DNA of 64,000 nucleotides, from the NCBI RefSeq assembly GCF_009914755.1, contig NC_060933.1, one strand, 5' to 3'. Positions 1-12,015 of this stretch are shown piece by piece (positions within the stretch are counted from its first letter, which is position 1; every line of letters starts with the position of its first letter). A program made the translations under genes and the position numbers. The notes under the pieces are model-generated. The model did not search any database. It saw only the letters and a list, made by a program, of their open reading frames with translations, and was not told the origin of the DNA. Source of the stretch: the human T2T-CHM13v2.0 reference genome, Homo sapiens.

Positions 1-984
1 ATTTCTTACTCCTTTAGGTACATAATAAATAAAACAGCCATTGACCTTATCATAAGAGCCTTATGACTTTTTTTTTCTGTACTGGTGAGCTACATGAGTT
101 ATAAAACTCACATAACAGAGATAAACTTAGTTAACCTGTTGTAACAAAAATAAGATGGTCTCTTCAGTGTCACAGAGATGAGCCCCACAACTAACAATTT
201 GCTAAGCAGCCAAATAAAGCATTCTGTCACTTCTTTAATATTCATTTTTTGTCTAGGTTATTTTGTCTCCTAATTTATGATGTTTATGAGCACAAAGTTT
301 CTGGATTCTTCTTTTGAGACCATTTCAGTAAGAAACAAATAAGTAGAGTCCTTGGTCATGTTGCCTGCTGGCTATTTATAAATTCCTTGTGACACATTCA
401 AAAAACTTAAGAAGAGTTGCTTCATAGGATCTCTTATCTTACAGTGATGATTTCTTTATTTCGGTTTCAAAATTTAATGTTATTCTCTAATTTTATGGAG
501 AAAATTGTATTATTTTTCATTTTATTCTGAACGTTTTCTCCCTTTGAAAGGTGCTTACTTTAAATAACTCATAATTAATTATTAATTTTCTACATCAGGA
601 AATGTATTTGCTTTATTGTTCTTAAAGTGTTGTTTAACGTCCTCCTAAGGGATACTCTATACCTATTGTTTCATAACACAGAGTATCAATAGCAATCTTG
701 GTAAATCATCACCCAGGAACTATTGCTTAGCTTTTCACATGCAGATACTATATTTTGTCAGCACAGCTAGGATGAAATTTTAAAAGCAGTTTCAAATTTA
801 ACAAGTTCAATGACATATAAACCAGATTGATTAATTAAAGTTGATATACCTAAGAGGAATCAGAATACTGAAGTGTGCATGAACAACTCATTCTCTTCCT
901 ATGTATTAACTTAATAATGCCAATGTGTCCATTTAAGCTGAAATGTGAACATCACATAAATATTCAAAGTCCACGTGACTTGAC

Positions 985-1320
985 CTGGTGGCCATGAAAA
1001 TGTACCTCTCAGATCTCCTATTTAGGGGATTATAATTGATTGATGACCGTAGCTGCTGTACACTGATTTCACCACCTTGTTTATACCAAGGCCACTACAA
1101 TGATTTCACCACCTTGTTTATACCAAGGCCACTACAATGGGTCGTTAACTCTGTATAGAGAGCACTAGGGCAAGTCCCGTGAGATGAAGGATTTCTGTAA
1201 CAGATGGGTTTGAGTGCTGGACTCCCCGCTGGCCTCGCTGAAACTTTATAAGAACTGCATGAGCATTGAAGAATTTTTCTCCCAACCTTCCATGCCTCTC
1301 TTTCCCCCATATCTCACATA
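985..1320 (+). mobile_element. LTR16-family (ERVL) solo LTR, degenerate
   Basis: Starts ggtggccatgaaaatgtacctctcagatctcc and contains actccccgctggcctcgctgaaactt. Both resemble the LTR16 consensus; boundaries approximate. Confidence 0.6.
1064..1139. repeat. Perfect 37-bp tandem duplication
   Basis: tgatttcaccaccttgtttataccaaggccactacaa at 1064-1100 and 1101-1137, followed by tg. Confidence 0.97.
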
Positions 1321-2862
1321 TAAGAATCAAGCCTGTGGTTTACAGTAGCCCAATCCTCTTGGATTGTCATATTGTTTTAAAATATTTATATAAACATTTC
1401 AGTTTAGCCCTACAGATGTGAGTATTTTGAGTAAATTGACATATTTTTTCCTAACCAGTTATGTATTGTAGTTCATAACATTACAAGTTTGTAGGAAGCA
1501 TTTTACTGGGTTCCCAAGTAGTAAACACCAAAAGATAATAATATAAAATTATAAGGGGTTGTGTTATTCATCAAAATTAAAAATTTCTAAGAATCCTTGA
1601 CTAAAATTTTATATTATAAATCTACTAAACATTAACAGATTTAAAATATTTATGCAGCCAGATCTAAGTAAGTATCCACATAACTATAAAACCTGCAATG
1701 CCCCAACATTTGAAGAAATCAAAACAAAAATATAATGTCCTGATTCTGCTCTCAGAATAATTTCTTTTATGTAATGTGCCAATTAGAAAGTCTATACATT
1801 ATCCTCAATTCTGCTTATGGATTAGGAAGAACCCATGAAAATGTGTAGGAAAATCTAAACATTCTGAAATGCATAGAAAGAAATAAAACAACATAGTGAA
1901 ATAATTGTTTGTTTAGTTAGTTTACAAAAGAGATGAAAAATAAATGTGGTAGATATTTGTGAAATGATGAAAAGATGTTGTGTAGAAAAATTGTTGATAT
2001 TTTCCAGTGTATCAGCAGAGGACAGAACAAGAATTAGTGGCTGACAGTTGATAGTAGGCAAGATTTTATTCAATATGAAGATAAACATTCTCACAGTAAG
2101 TGTTAGTCACATTACAGATTTGATTACCTCAATTTAGTATGATATTTTAAGTGTAAGTGAATCCTAATTTTGGGGAAAAATACACATACATATGTATATA
2201 TTTCCAGTACTCTTGTAAGTTGGAACATGAATATATTTTTATTAGGTTGCTCACAGAAATGAATGACACATTAGCACAGGAATCAAGGATGAAGTTTTTA
2301 GCACAAAATACCTTCCAAAGAAAATCATCACCCAGATGTTTCCTCAGATTTAATAACCTCAGCTGAGTGTTCCAACTAGTTCTTCATGACTTTCCTAGAG
2401 TGCTCTATCCCAGCAACAGGTGCCACTTCACAGACATCCAATGGCCTTTGCCCCATCTCTGCTGTCTAAGTCCCATGCTTCCTTTCAGGCTTTGGTCAAC
2501 TGTTTGTGTGTCTTGCTAGCCCCTGTCCCCTCTAAAATTCACAGCTTGATAGTTCTGTGTGTCTGCCACCATCCTCAGAAGTAAAGAGTGAGTAGAGACT
2601 ATGAAATTACATCAACATAGAAAAACATTAAGAATATTTGTTAGTAACTGGATATGTGAGTACATATATTTATAGATCACTATATAAAATCTATCAATAA
2701 AATATAAAGTTATCACATATATACATACACATACATATGTTATATACACATATTATATATAATATATATATAAAAAATGCTTATAGGTAGAACCCATGCC
2801 TCCTCCGCAAATGACACATATCCCGTAGAGAACAAATGAACCCTTCATTAATTTATGTATTC

Positions 2863-3240
2863 AACTACGAGCCATAAAAAATAATGTCTTTTGCAGCAAG
2901 ATGGATGCAGCTTGAGGCCATTATCCTAAGCCAATTAACACAGCAACAGAAAACTAAATACCGCATGTTCTCACATATAAGTGGAAGCTAAACACTGAGT
3001 ACACATGGACATAGGGATCTGAACAGTAGTAACATAGGATGGGAACAACAGACACTGGGGGACTACTAAAGCGGGGAGAGAGGGAAGGGGTCACAGGCTG
3101 AAAAGGTACCTCGGGGGTACTGTGCTCATTACCTGGGTGTTGAGATCATCTGTACTTCAATCCTCAGCATCAAGCAGTATACTCATGTAACAAACCTGCA
3201 GTGTACCCACTGAATCCAAAACAAAAGTTAAAAATAAAAT
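2863..3240 (+). mobile_element. L1 3' end fragment (L1PA15/16-like)
   Basis: ORF2 end and 3'UTR motifs: gccattatcctaagc, atgttctcacatataagtggaagctaaac, catgtaacaaacctgca, A-rich end. Confidence 0.85.
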
Positions 3241-3641
3241 AATGCATTATAATATAAAATATACTTTCATAAAATACCTCGGTATGCTAGGGACAAGGAA
3301 TACAAAAATAAGGTTGTTTACTGTCCAAAGATATTTTAGACGGAGAACATGGGCTAAAAATTACTATAGTATGTCCTTTTGTACTTGTGCACAGTGAACT
3401 CCTGCATACAGGTGTCCAATAAGAGTTGGCTGATAAAAGGATAGAGAATTTCTCTACTGTGGCTCAGCACACCTTCTCCTGGGTCTTTTCTGACTCTGGA
3501 TGTGGCCAACGCATTTTCAAAAGGGAAGGAGAAGAGACGAAAACGTAATATAGAAATCAAGGAACTAGATTTAGTACTGCAATTTCTAACAAAGATAATT
3601 AGCTGAAAACATTGTGTGCTAACCCGAAGACTGCTTAAGGA

Positions 3642-3668
<27 letters not shown>
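3642..3668. repeat. (CA)n microsatellite
   Basis: Pure ac dinucleotide run. Confidence 0.95.
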
Positions 3669-3672
<4 letters not shown>

Positions 3673-5029
3673 CCATGATTCTCCATGGGGAAGGGTCAAT
3701 TTGAAAAACTACACATAGACCACAGGTTTCGACCAAGAACCTCTTAATGAACTGCTGACAGAATGGATCTGCTTTTCAGCTTCAAGTCACTTTCCTTCTT
3801 TGGTAGTTACAGAGAATGCTATGATCTTCCCAGAGATGCTACAGGTCTGCCTCAGAGCCTGTTTGGAGGCTACAAATTCATAAGGCATATTCTGATCTTC
3901 ACATAGGAGCTGGATGTGTAGAAAGATCTCCAAGATTTGTGGCCATCACGATAATTTTGGAGGTGTCTTTTTAAAAGGTCTCATTGGCTCCTTTACAAAG
4001 TTAATTGCAGTTGCCTGATTGCTGAACTGGTTCCGGTAGTTTATTTGCTGAGGCTGTAGGCTTTTAATTCATGTCAACCTCTGATTACTGTGGTTCTGCT
4101 GTCTACCTGCTCTTCAATGAGCATTGCCAAATCATAGCATTAGAATCTATTTCCTGTGTTTTAATAGATAAATCAGGGCCATCTTGTTCTAAGTAAATTT
4201 TCAGTTACTTTTCTCCCAATGCATTACCTTGAACAATCACTATTGCAATTCACCTACTATTCCTGTCTACTCACACACTCTCTTGAGAACTTTCACCAGA
4301 TATTTCACTACTCATAGAAGAGACAAGAGACAGCTATCTACTAATATGATCAGTTACTCCTTATTCAGATCAGTTACAAAGAGGCTAAGTTAAATGCATT
4401 CTGGGGCAATGTCAAGTCACATTTTTCTATTTAGAGAAGCATATTTTATATATACTTTCCCCTATATCTTTACTTATGCTTTTTTCTTTCTTAATAATAT
4501 TCTGGCATTAGAGTCAAGAGGTAGGGTTCAGGAAGGGGATACAGAATCATGTGAGAAAGCTGGCTTTAGAGTAGGGGTCATATTGATCACCACTCTGAAG
4601 TCCCTATTCCACTGTCATCTTCAGCGAATAATCACCAGTTTTTAATCACCCATAATTTGTTTAGAAACTCAGAAACTGGGTCAATCATAACTTATTTTGT
4701 AAAAATAAATACATAAAACAAAATAATAACATACTGTAGTGCCTCATCGAGGACTTTTTGAAAATATAAACATCGTAAATTTGCTCTTACCTTTATCAAT
4801 ATACAAATTTCTTTTCTTCAGAAGGAAAAACAATAGGTTACTTATGTATGTTTGCTTACTTCTTATGAAAACTCCACTTCCTAATTATTAATTTATGTAC
4901 TATGTTTATCTTAATATTCAGTAATTCTATTCTTTATAATGAACTTTACCAGTTTTTATCATGGAAAATTATCAGTCTTTGATCATTAAGATTTCTTTTT
5001 AAAAGAATTAGAAACCTCCTATCAACAAA

Positions 5030-5530
5030 GACAAGTTTGCTCTATGTATCAGAAACCCCCAGTACAAATAGTCTTAATAAGAAAAGTATTATCTCATGTC
5101 AGAAGAAGTCAAGGTGTAAGACGTGATCAAGGTATAAAATATGGAAGCTGTGACTTAGTTTCTCTGCAGTTCTGTTAGCTCTACTCCAATTGCAGGTGAT
5201 ACAGCTAGAGTTGGGAATGTCTATTAGAAGGAAGAGTTCATATTTTCTTATGTCTTCTTTTTAGCAATGAGGATCTACTTTCCAGAAGTCCCACAGAAAA
5301 CTTCTCTCACATTGTGCTGTCTTGCATTTGGTTATATGCCCCTTTCTAAATGTAGAGTGGCAAGGAGAATATGATTGGCTTAAGCTAACCATTTAGCCAA
5401 CCACAGATGATTTGGGCAGCAAAAAGTATATATGAGGGTGGATGTCCTTGTAAAAAGTATAAAATTTCTATCTATTAGTTCTTTCAAAACTAAAGGGCAG
5501 ATGGCTTTCATTTGGGCACTAAAAACCATA
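5030..5530 (-). mobile_element. Old MaLR LTR (MLT1K/L-like)
   Basis: Resembles antisense MLT1: gtcttaataagaaaagtattatctcatgtcagaagaagtc ... tccagaagtcccacagaaaacttctctcacat ... tggcaaggagaat. Confidence 0.55.
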
Positions 5531-6267
5531 CATGAATGATGGAATCTTTGCAATTTTAAGAGTATATGCAAAATAGCAATCTTCTACTGAAAACTTGTTA
5601 AGTAACTCATGTTCTAAAAGATGCAATTTTAAAAACTTTGATTGCATTAGAATTGATTGGATATCTAATCATGTTTTGTAATTAAATTATCTCCTATCAA
5701 TGAAGATATATAATACCAAAAGATTATAAGAAACTATTTAAATTTCCCTCAAGCTTCCTTTATGCTCAGATCACTCACTCTTTCTATTTGGTCTCCAAAA
5801 GGTAAAAATAATAGCTGCTATAATGTAGCCTTATAACTCTTGTTACAAATAGTGATTTTAATTTTTAGTTAGTTTGATGATTTATAGTACTTATGAAGTC
5901 TTACTTCTTCTACTTCTGGAAAGATATAAGAAAAATTCACCATATGACCTCTTATTTTCCAAAGAGTTTATCACTGGCAATGGGTGGAGGAGGATTGATG
6001 TTTTAGGGATTCACAAGATGGAAAATATTCATTCATGATAAGTACCTTTGCAGGTCAAATGGTCTGGTGATACAGTAAGAAAGTCCATTTATCTTAGTCT
6101 TACTAATCATTTATCAAGCTATTTCATCATGAATTTATATTATGGTAGAATAAAAGTTAATTTCTGATGGGATCTTGTTTCCTAGAAAGATACTCTTGGA
6201 AATGCTGAGTTAAGGAGTGGTGAAATGTAAGTATTAATAATCACAGAAGGAGGATTTGGCTTGGAAG

Positions 6268-6682
6268 TTTTTGTAGGTTGAGTCTCTGTAAGCAGAAGTG
6301 GAGACAGAGTTTGTGCTGCAAGGTGTTGCTTAGGTTATCAACACCTGTGAAAGGAAAAGGAAGAAGCAGGATTGGGCAAGAGGAGTAGATGAACTGTGAA
6401 GCAAGCCTGACAACACCTAGCCTAACTGATGGAGAACTCTGAGCATCATCCCCACATTTGGCACAGGTTGGGTCAGAATTTCTAGGCCCCTATATCTTCA
6501 CCACGCTTAGTCAGCAGGTGTGAGATTCTTGGGACAATAATGTCTCTTCAAGTGACTCTCTGTAGATGAGACAGCCATTGAAGGGGATGAGAGCTGGAGG
6601 CTGTCTGCTGACTGCACTCCCTACAACTGGGAACAAGTTCTTCTTTGAGAAGAGATCTGAGTAGTTAATCTCTGTGTCTACA
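6268..6682 (-). mobile_element. LTR16C-like 3' LTR of ERVL provirus
   Basis: gtaggttgagtctctgtaagcag ... atcaacacctgtgaaaggaaaaggaagaagcaggattgggc ... gctggaggctgtctgctgactgcactccc ... agatctgag matches antisense LTR16C. Confidence 0.8.
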
Positions 6683-9093
6683 GTAGTCCTAATTGGGGTT
6701 TCTCATATCCTCTTCTCCATATACAACCAGAAAGCTACTCCTCAAGGATTTCTGTGGGCTTCTCTTCCTGAGGAGAAAGTGCCAGTCCTTGCAAACAGGG
6801 AGCCCCTAATTTTCAGATTAGGATAGAAACATCCGTTGGCCAAATCAAGTCAGCTATAGTTAATAATTCCATGAGGCTTTTGCTGTATTTGCTAGTAAAA
6901 GGTTACCTCTTTGTAGAGCAGAGTATTTAACCCTTCAGAGTACAAATTGCAGGTTCAGAAAGCACAAAGTTCCCCTGTGGGTCATCAGGAGTGAAGATAA
7001 ACAAGATCGCTTATTTCACCACTTGATTTCTGGACCTGTGTATTTATCCTATTGGGGACACTTTGCCATATAAAATTTTTAATGCATATACTGCATTCTG
7101 GAGGAAGGTACCCCATTCTTCAGAATAATGCTTCTCAGGTAGTTCTCTATTTGTACCTTCACAGCCACTCCATCACTCTGGCAGACCAGCACTTCTGGGT
7201 AGTGGAGGAAGTGATACATCCAGTGGATCCTGTGGGCATCATTAACTACCACACCTTCTTTGCTGTAAAGTGTTTTCTTTTTTTTTTTTTTTTTTTTTTT
7301 TTTTTCTGGTGTGATGCTTTGGACACCCATTCCAAAAGATCAGTCACTCCATAAGACCTTACATAGTTGTGTTTGCCGAAGTTCTGTCAGCAAGTGAGGG
7401 AAATCCATACTCTAATAGCTGTCTATTCCTATGAGAACAAATGACTGGACCTTCTAGTATGAATGGAGCCCGTTTGGTCTCCTCAAGAAATTTTGTCATG
7501 TGGGAAGATAAGAGATGTTCTCTGTTGCCAGTGGGTGGAACATTAGTTGGTAGCAGAAGCTAGATCAGCCTTGCTAGTCTGAAACCCATGTTGTTGGATC
7601 CATGCATAGTTTCTATATCTACCACCACAGTCACCCCATTTATATACCTATTATATCCACTTTGAGGTGGCTGTTGCCAAAAATCACAGACAATATCAGG
7701 TGTTTATTTAGTGCTCTTTTATGGTTAATGCTTTCTAGTGGCCACTAATATGTAACATAAAAATCTGCACTTCATGCCAACTCTCACATGTTTAATCACA
7801 TGCTATTCAAGATGTGTGCTTATACTTGACCTTGCATTTTTTTCCCTTCCAGGGCCCTGATCAGCTTTCTAGGCCATTCACTGCTACTCATAAGTGCTTA
7901 TATATTCTAATCTCAGGAAGCTTCTTTCTCAACACAAAGTATAGGACCAGGGACACTGCCCAAAGTTATGAAGCTATGCCCATAGGAAGGATTCATGGCA
8001 GTCTTTCAAGGCCATCTCTAAGTGAGGTTACAGTGCAGCTAAAATCCATTTTTGGCTTGCACCCACATATTAAGCCAACACATTCATAGTCTGAATTTTT
8101 TTTTCTTTCAGCTGGTCATATGGGGACCCAACTATGCCAGAGTTGTGAACTCAAGGGCAGGCACTAGGGCAACGATGGTGGATGCCATTGTTGTCTGGGT
8201 TTCCTACTCATGCAGCTTTCTTATGCCCTGTGATCCTTCTCGTGTGCAATTTGGGATATACCTCTTCCGTCTTATGCTGAATTTCTGCTAGGCCCATCAC
8301 TTATAAATTTGTTGGCTGATAGACCCAGCTCTTGACAAGCAGGTCCAGACACATGGTCAGCTGTTCTGTCTATAGTAGAGCCTAAGAGCATTCCACAAGT
8401 TGTTTTTGAAAGATATGTAATTGTCTGCTTTATTTGACATGATCTTGCTCCAGAACTCTTGGAATTTTTCAAAAGGCATATGATTTTCTCTGAAAAATGG
8501 CATAGCTTTACTCCAGAATCCCAGGGGCCCACATTATGATTCTTACACTGAGACTTGCCACAAATTCCACACTGCCTCTTTTCTACTAGCCATTATATCT
8601 CCAGTACCACAAGGTCTGCAAAACCATAAGACTCTAGTGTCAGGGCTACTTTCACTGTAACCTGGATCTGCTGTAGGGCTGTTTTCTGCTGTAAGATCTT
8701 TCCAAAGCTAACAGCATTTCATTTCATGCAGTATGTGGGCCTGAGCAGTATTCTTAGTTGTGTAGGATGCTGCCATAAGAATCTAAAAAATGTACCAGTA
8801 CTATTCTTTGTTCATGGTAGGATGTGCAAAATGCAATAATTTTTCTCTTATTTTGGAGAGGATGATTCAGCATACACCTGTCCACTGGGCCTTTAAAAGT
8901 TGTATGGATGTGTTGGGCTCTTCACTCTCTGTAGAATTATCTCCAACCCCTCTGGAGTATGTGTATTTTATTGAGATCTTTAGCATTGTCTTGCTCACTT
9001 GGTCTGATGAACGTAATCCCATTGACATAATGGACTAATGTAATGTTCTGTCAGATATCTAGATGATCCAAATCTCTTTAGACTATGCTATTT

Positions 9094-9096
<3 letters not shown>

Positions 9097-9133
<37 letters not shown>

Positions 9134-9176
9134 GAGAGAGAGTGTGTGTGTGTGTGTGCACGTGTGTGTGTGTGTG
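9097..9176. repeat. Compound microsatellite (AC)n(TA)n(GA)n(GT)n
   Basis: Read directly; lies inside the ERV RT region. Confidence 0.95.
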
Positions 9177-9602
9177 AACTTAGCCTTGGGGCAAGCCAGT
9201 AAATATATACTGTTGTATGTTCCATATGAATGAAAATTGTCTATAATATTTTCAGATTGGGAAAGAAATGAATGTGTTTATCAAATCAGAGGCCAGATAT
9301 CATGTTTTTGAGGCCATATTAATCTGCTTTTGCCAAGAAATCCATTTGTCATAGTGGTTTCAGTCAGGCTAATACTTCACTTAATTTGAGTAATCTGTCA
9401 TTTTCCATAATCCATCTATTTGGAATTAAATGGGGAAATGATAGAGACCACACCCCTACTTTGTTTAGATTATTGGGGTCACAAATCTCTATCATGCCTT
9501 CATGATAGCCATGATGGCTAAGAGTGGGGCAATTTCAAAGGTGTCCACTTTACTTTGTCACTATTATAGCTTTTATGCCAAGGCAAAAAAAAAAAATGAG
9601 GC

Positions 9603-9820
9603 TTGTTACAAGCTGCCAAATATATAACTCCAAGATATACCTAGGGAGACCAGGGAAGTGTCAATGAGTAGGTCTGTAGACCCAGTGGAACCACTGGATG
9701 GCCATGACCTTTGTTACCAGCTGCCAAATACATAACTCCAAAATATACCTATGGAGACCAGGGGGTGACTACAGACTGAGTAGATCTGTAAACCCAGTGG
9801 AACCACTGGATAACCATGAC
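9603..9820. repeat. Imperfect ~108-bp tandem duplication inside ERV pro/pol
   Basis: ttgttac(a/c)agctgccaaata...cccagtggaaccactgga...ccatgac at 9603-9708 and 9711-9820. Confidence 0.93.
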
Positions 9821-11037
9821 TAGGATTCTATTTATTATTTAGCCCACATATGACACCTCTCTTATGGGACTGTAATGATGGTGAAGATTCTGGTTACCAA
9901 TGCCAACTCAAACCCTGTGTCCAACAGTCTCCAAATGTGTAAGTACCCTCCTTTTAAAAATATATTGGTACCTGAGAAAATGGCCATAGGCCACTTGGAA
10001 AAGTAGTGGAGAAATCAATACTGTGATGTTTTTCTTCATAAAAAATTGGAAAAAAATTAGTCAATGAATTCCATATCTGAAAACAGGTTCAATCTAAAAT
10101 TGTAAAAGGAACCATAATTTTTATTGGGGTGACTTCTGTAAGCTACTTATTCATTCTTATTTCCTCTGATGACAAGGGTGTCTACCTATTTTTGCCTCTC
10201 AGTAAATGATTTTCTTTTAATCATGTCAGTAACTCTCTCTACAGGTCAGAAAACCTTGGCTGTCACTCCAAACTTATAATTCATTATAACACCTTGCCTT
10301 CTTGTTCTGAAGCAATATCATCTGGCCTCTACTTTTGGGGGGTTATTTTATCCCCAGTGATATCAGTGAGACAAGTTCTGTAACAGCCTCTCCTACCACC
10401 AACACTGGCCCAGAGAAGAGGCCACCACTAACATTTTTAATGATACTCATGCTCCTGTCACCATTGCATTCCTTATGGCCTTGATATGGGTGGTGTCTCC
10501 AATGGAATACAATCATCTGGAGGATTTTGGGGACATATGTTGTATATCTATTTCCAAACATCCACCCCTTTCAATCTGTTCCTTTACTATTTGCGGTGGC
10601 AATTCTGCCCTTTCAACTTCCTTTCTATGGGTCATCACTTTTCCTATGCTTAACATCATCCTAGTAGCAAGTTTGCCACCTCTCCCTGACTCCTTGCCAA
10701 GTGTTAAATCTAGTGTCTTCCGGGTGCCCTCCAAAATAAATGCATTCTTCCTGACCTAATTGTATATTCAAATGACCTTTATTAAGCATCTTCAGAATCC
10801 ATTTCTTTCTTCACTCTCCTGGCCCCTGCCATTCTGTGACAGCTAGGTCTTCCAATTACTTTGTGATATAGTCTTCCCCCTACCATCAAACCCAACAATG
10901 CCCCAGGAAGGTCACATTGTAACTTAACCCCAGTTATTAGCATAGAGGCCATGGGTTGAGGTGAGGTCAAATCCTGGGAAGGTAAGACCTGTTATCTTAC
11001 AGACTCTGCATTTTCTTCCACCATGAGGATAAGAGGT

Positions 11038-11092
11038 GGTGTGTGTGTGTGTGTGTGTGTGTATGAATTTGTGTGTATGTGTGCATGTGTGT
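11038..11092. repeat. (GT)n microsatellite, interrupted
   Basis: Read directly. Confidence 0.9.
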
Positions 11093-11681
11093 GCACTTCT
11101 TCAGGCTCAGAAATTTGGGAGGAGAATGGGGAGTTAAAATATAATAGAGAAATCCACTCAGACATCATCATCCCATTCGGAGACATCCACCCAAATAGCA
11201 AAATCTCAAAATGTCTTAACAAAGGTCCTGACCTTGGCATAATAGACCTGACTTTATCTGTCATTTAACTATCTTTGCAGTTCTGTCACTCCAACATTTA
11301 TATCATAGACATGGTTCTCGGCTTCCTTTGCTCTTCTGTTGCAGGAAATGAGAGCTTTGATGCAACCAAGATCATTTGGTTTTCACCTTGCTTTTCGATT
11401 GCCTTTTACTCACCCTCATCTGTTCTTTATCTTTATGCAATGCATCAATAACATTTATAAACAGCCATTCTATACTAAAACTCATCAGTGTATCCCATCC
11501 TACCAGCACCATCCCAACTCACCCCTGTAAACATTTTAACAGCTGGACTACCATTGTGCATCCAGGACAATGTGTGTTCCCCCTACCACCAGTGACAGGG
11601 TCCTCATTTAACAGGACACTGATTAATCCAAAAACCTCATCTTATTGTCCACTTTATTGGGCCAGTTTTGATATCTCTGAT

Positions 11682-12015
11682 CTCAATTTGAGTTTCTCTG
11701 AAATGGAAGCTGAGACACTATAGGGTTCAAGAGGTTTATTACGTATCAATACCTGCGAAAGGAAAGAAGAAGAACTGTTGGACAGAGGGCGAAGTTGTGA
11801 TGAAGGCTCTCCAAAGCCTTGGCTAACTCAGAGGGAAACCTGGCAGTGATTCATGCCTCTCCGAGTTGTTCCTCATCAGGCTGAGGTATGTCAGTGCAGC
11901 TGAGATAGACCCTAAATGATGGGACAGATGAAAGCCATCTGCCAACTGCACTGTGTATCTGGGCAACAAATTACCTTGAAGGGAGATATAGGTGGTACAA
12001 TGTCATGTATATACT
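11682..12015 (-). mobile_element. LTR16C-like 5' LTR of ERVL provirus (internally deleted)
   Basis: atcaatacctgcgaaaggaaagaagaagaac ... gccatctgccaactgcactg ... ccttgaagggagatataggtggtac is homologous to 6268-6682 but ~80 bp shorter. Confidence 0.75.

Larger units (their letters stand above)
6683..11681 (-). mobile_element. ERVL (HERV16/ERV3-16A3-like) internal region with degenerate gag-pro-pol
   Basis: Minus-strand relics: probable gag ATG at 11640 followed by NEDPVTGG; protease LLDTG at 9913-9927; RT QYIFTGLPQG at ~9183-9212; ITLVHYVNG (decayed YIDD, 9018-9029); integrase-like RIHWMYHFLHYPE (ORF 7079..7330) resembling ERVL GIHWSYHVPHHPE. Many stops and frameshifts. Confidence 0.85.
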
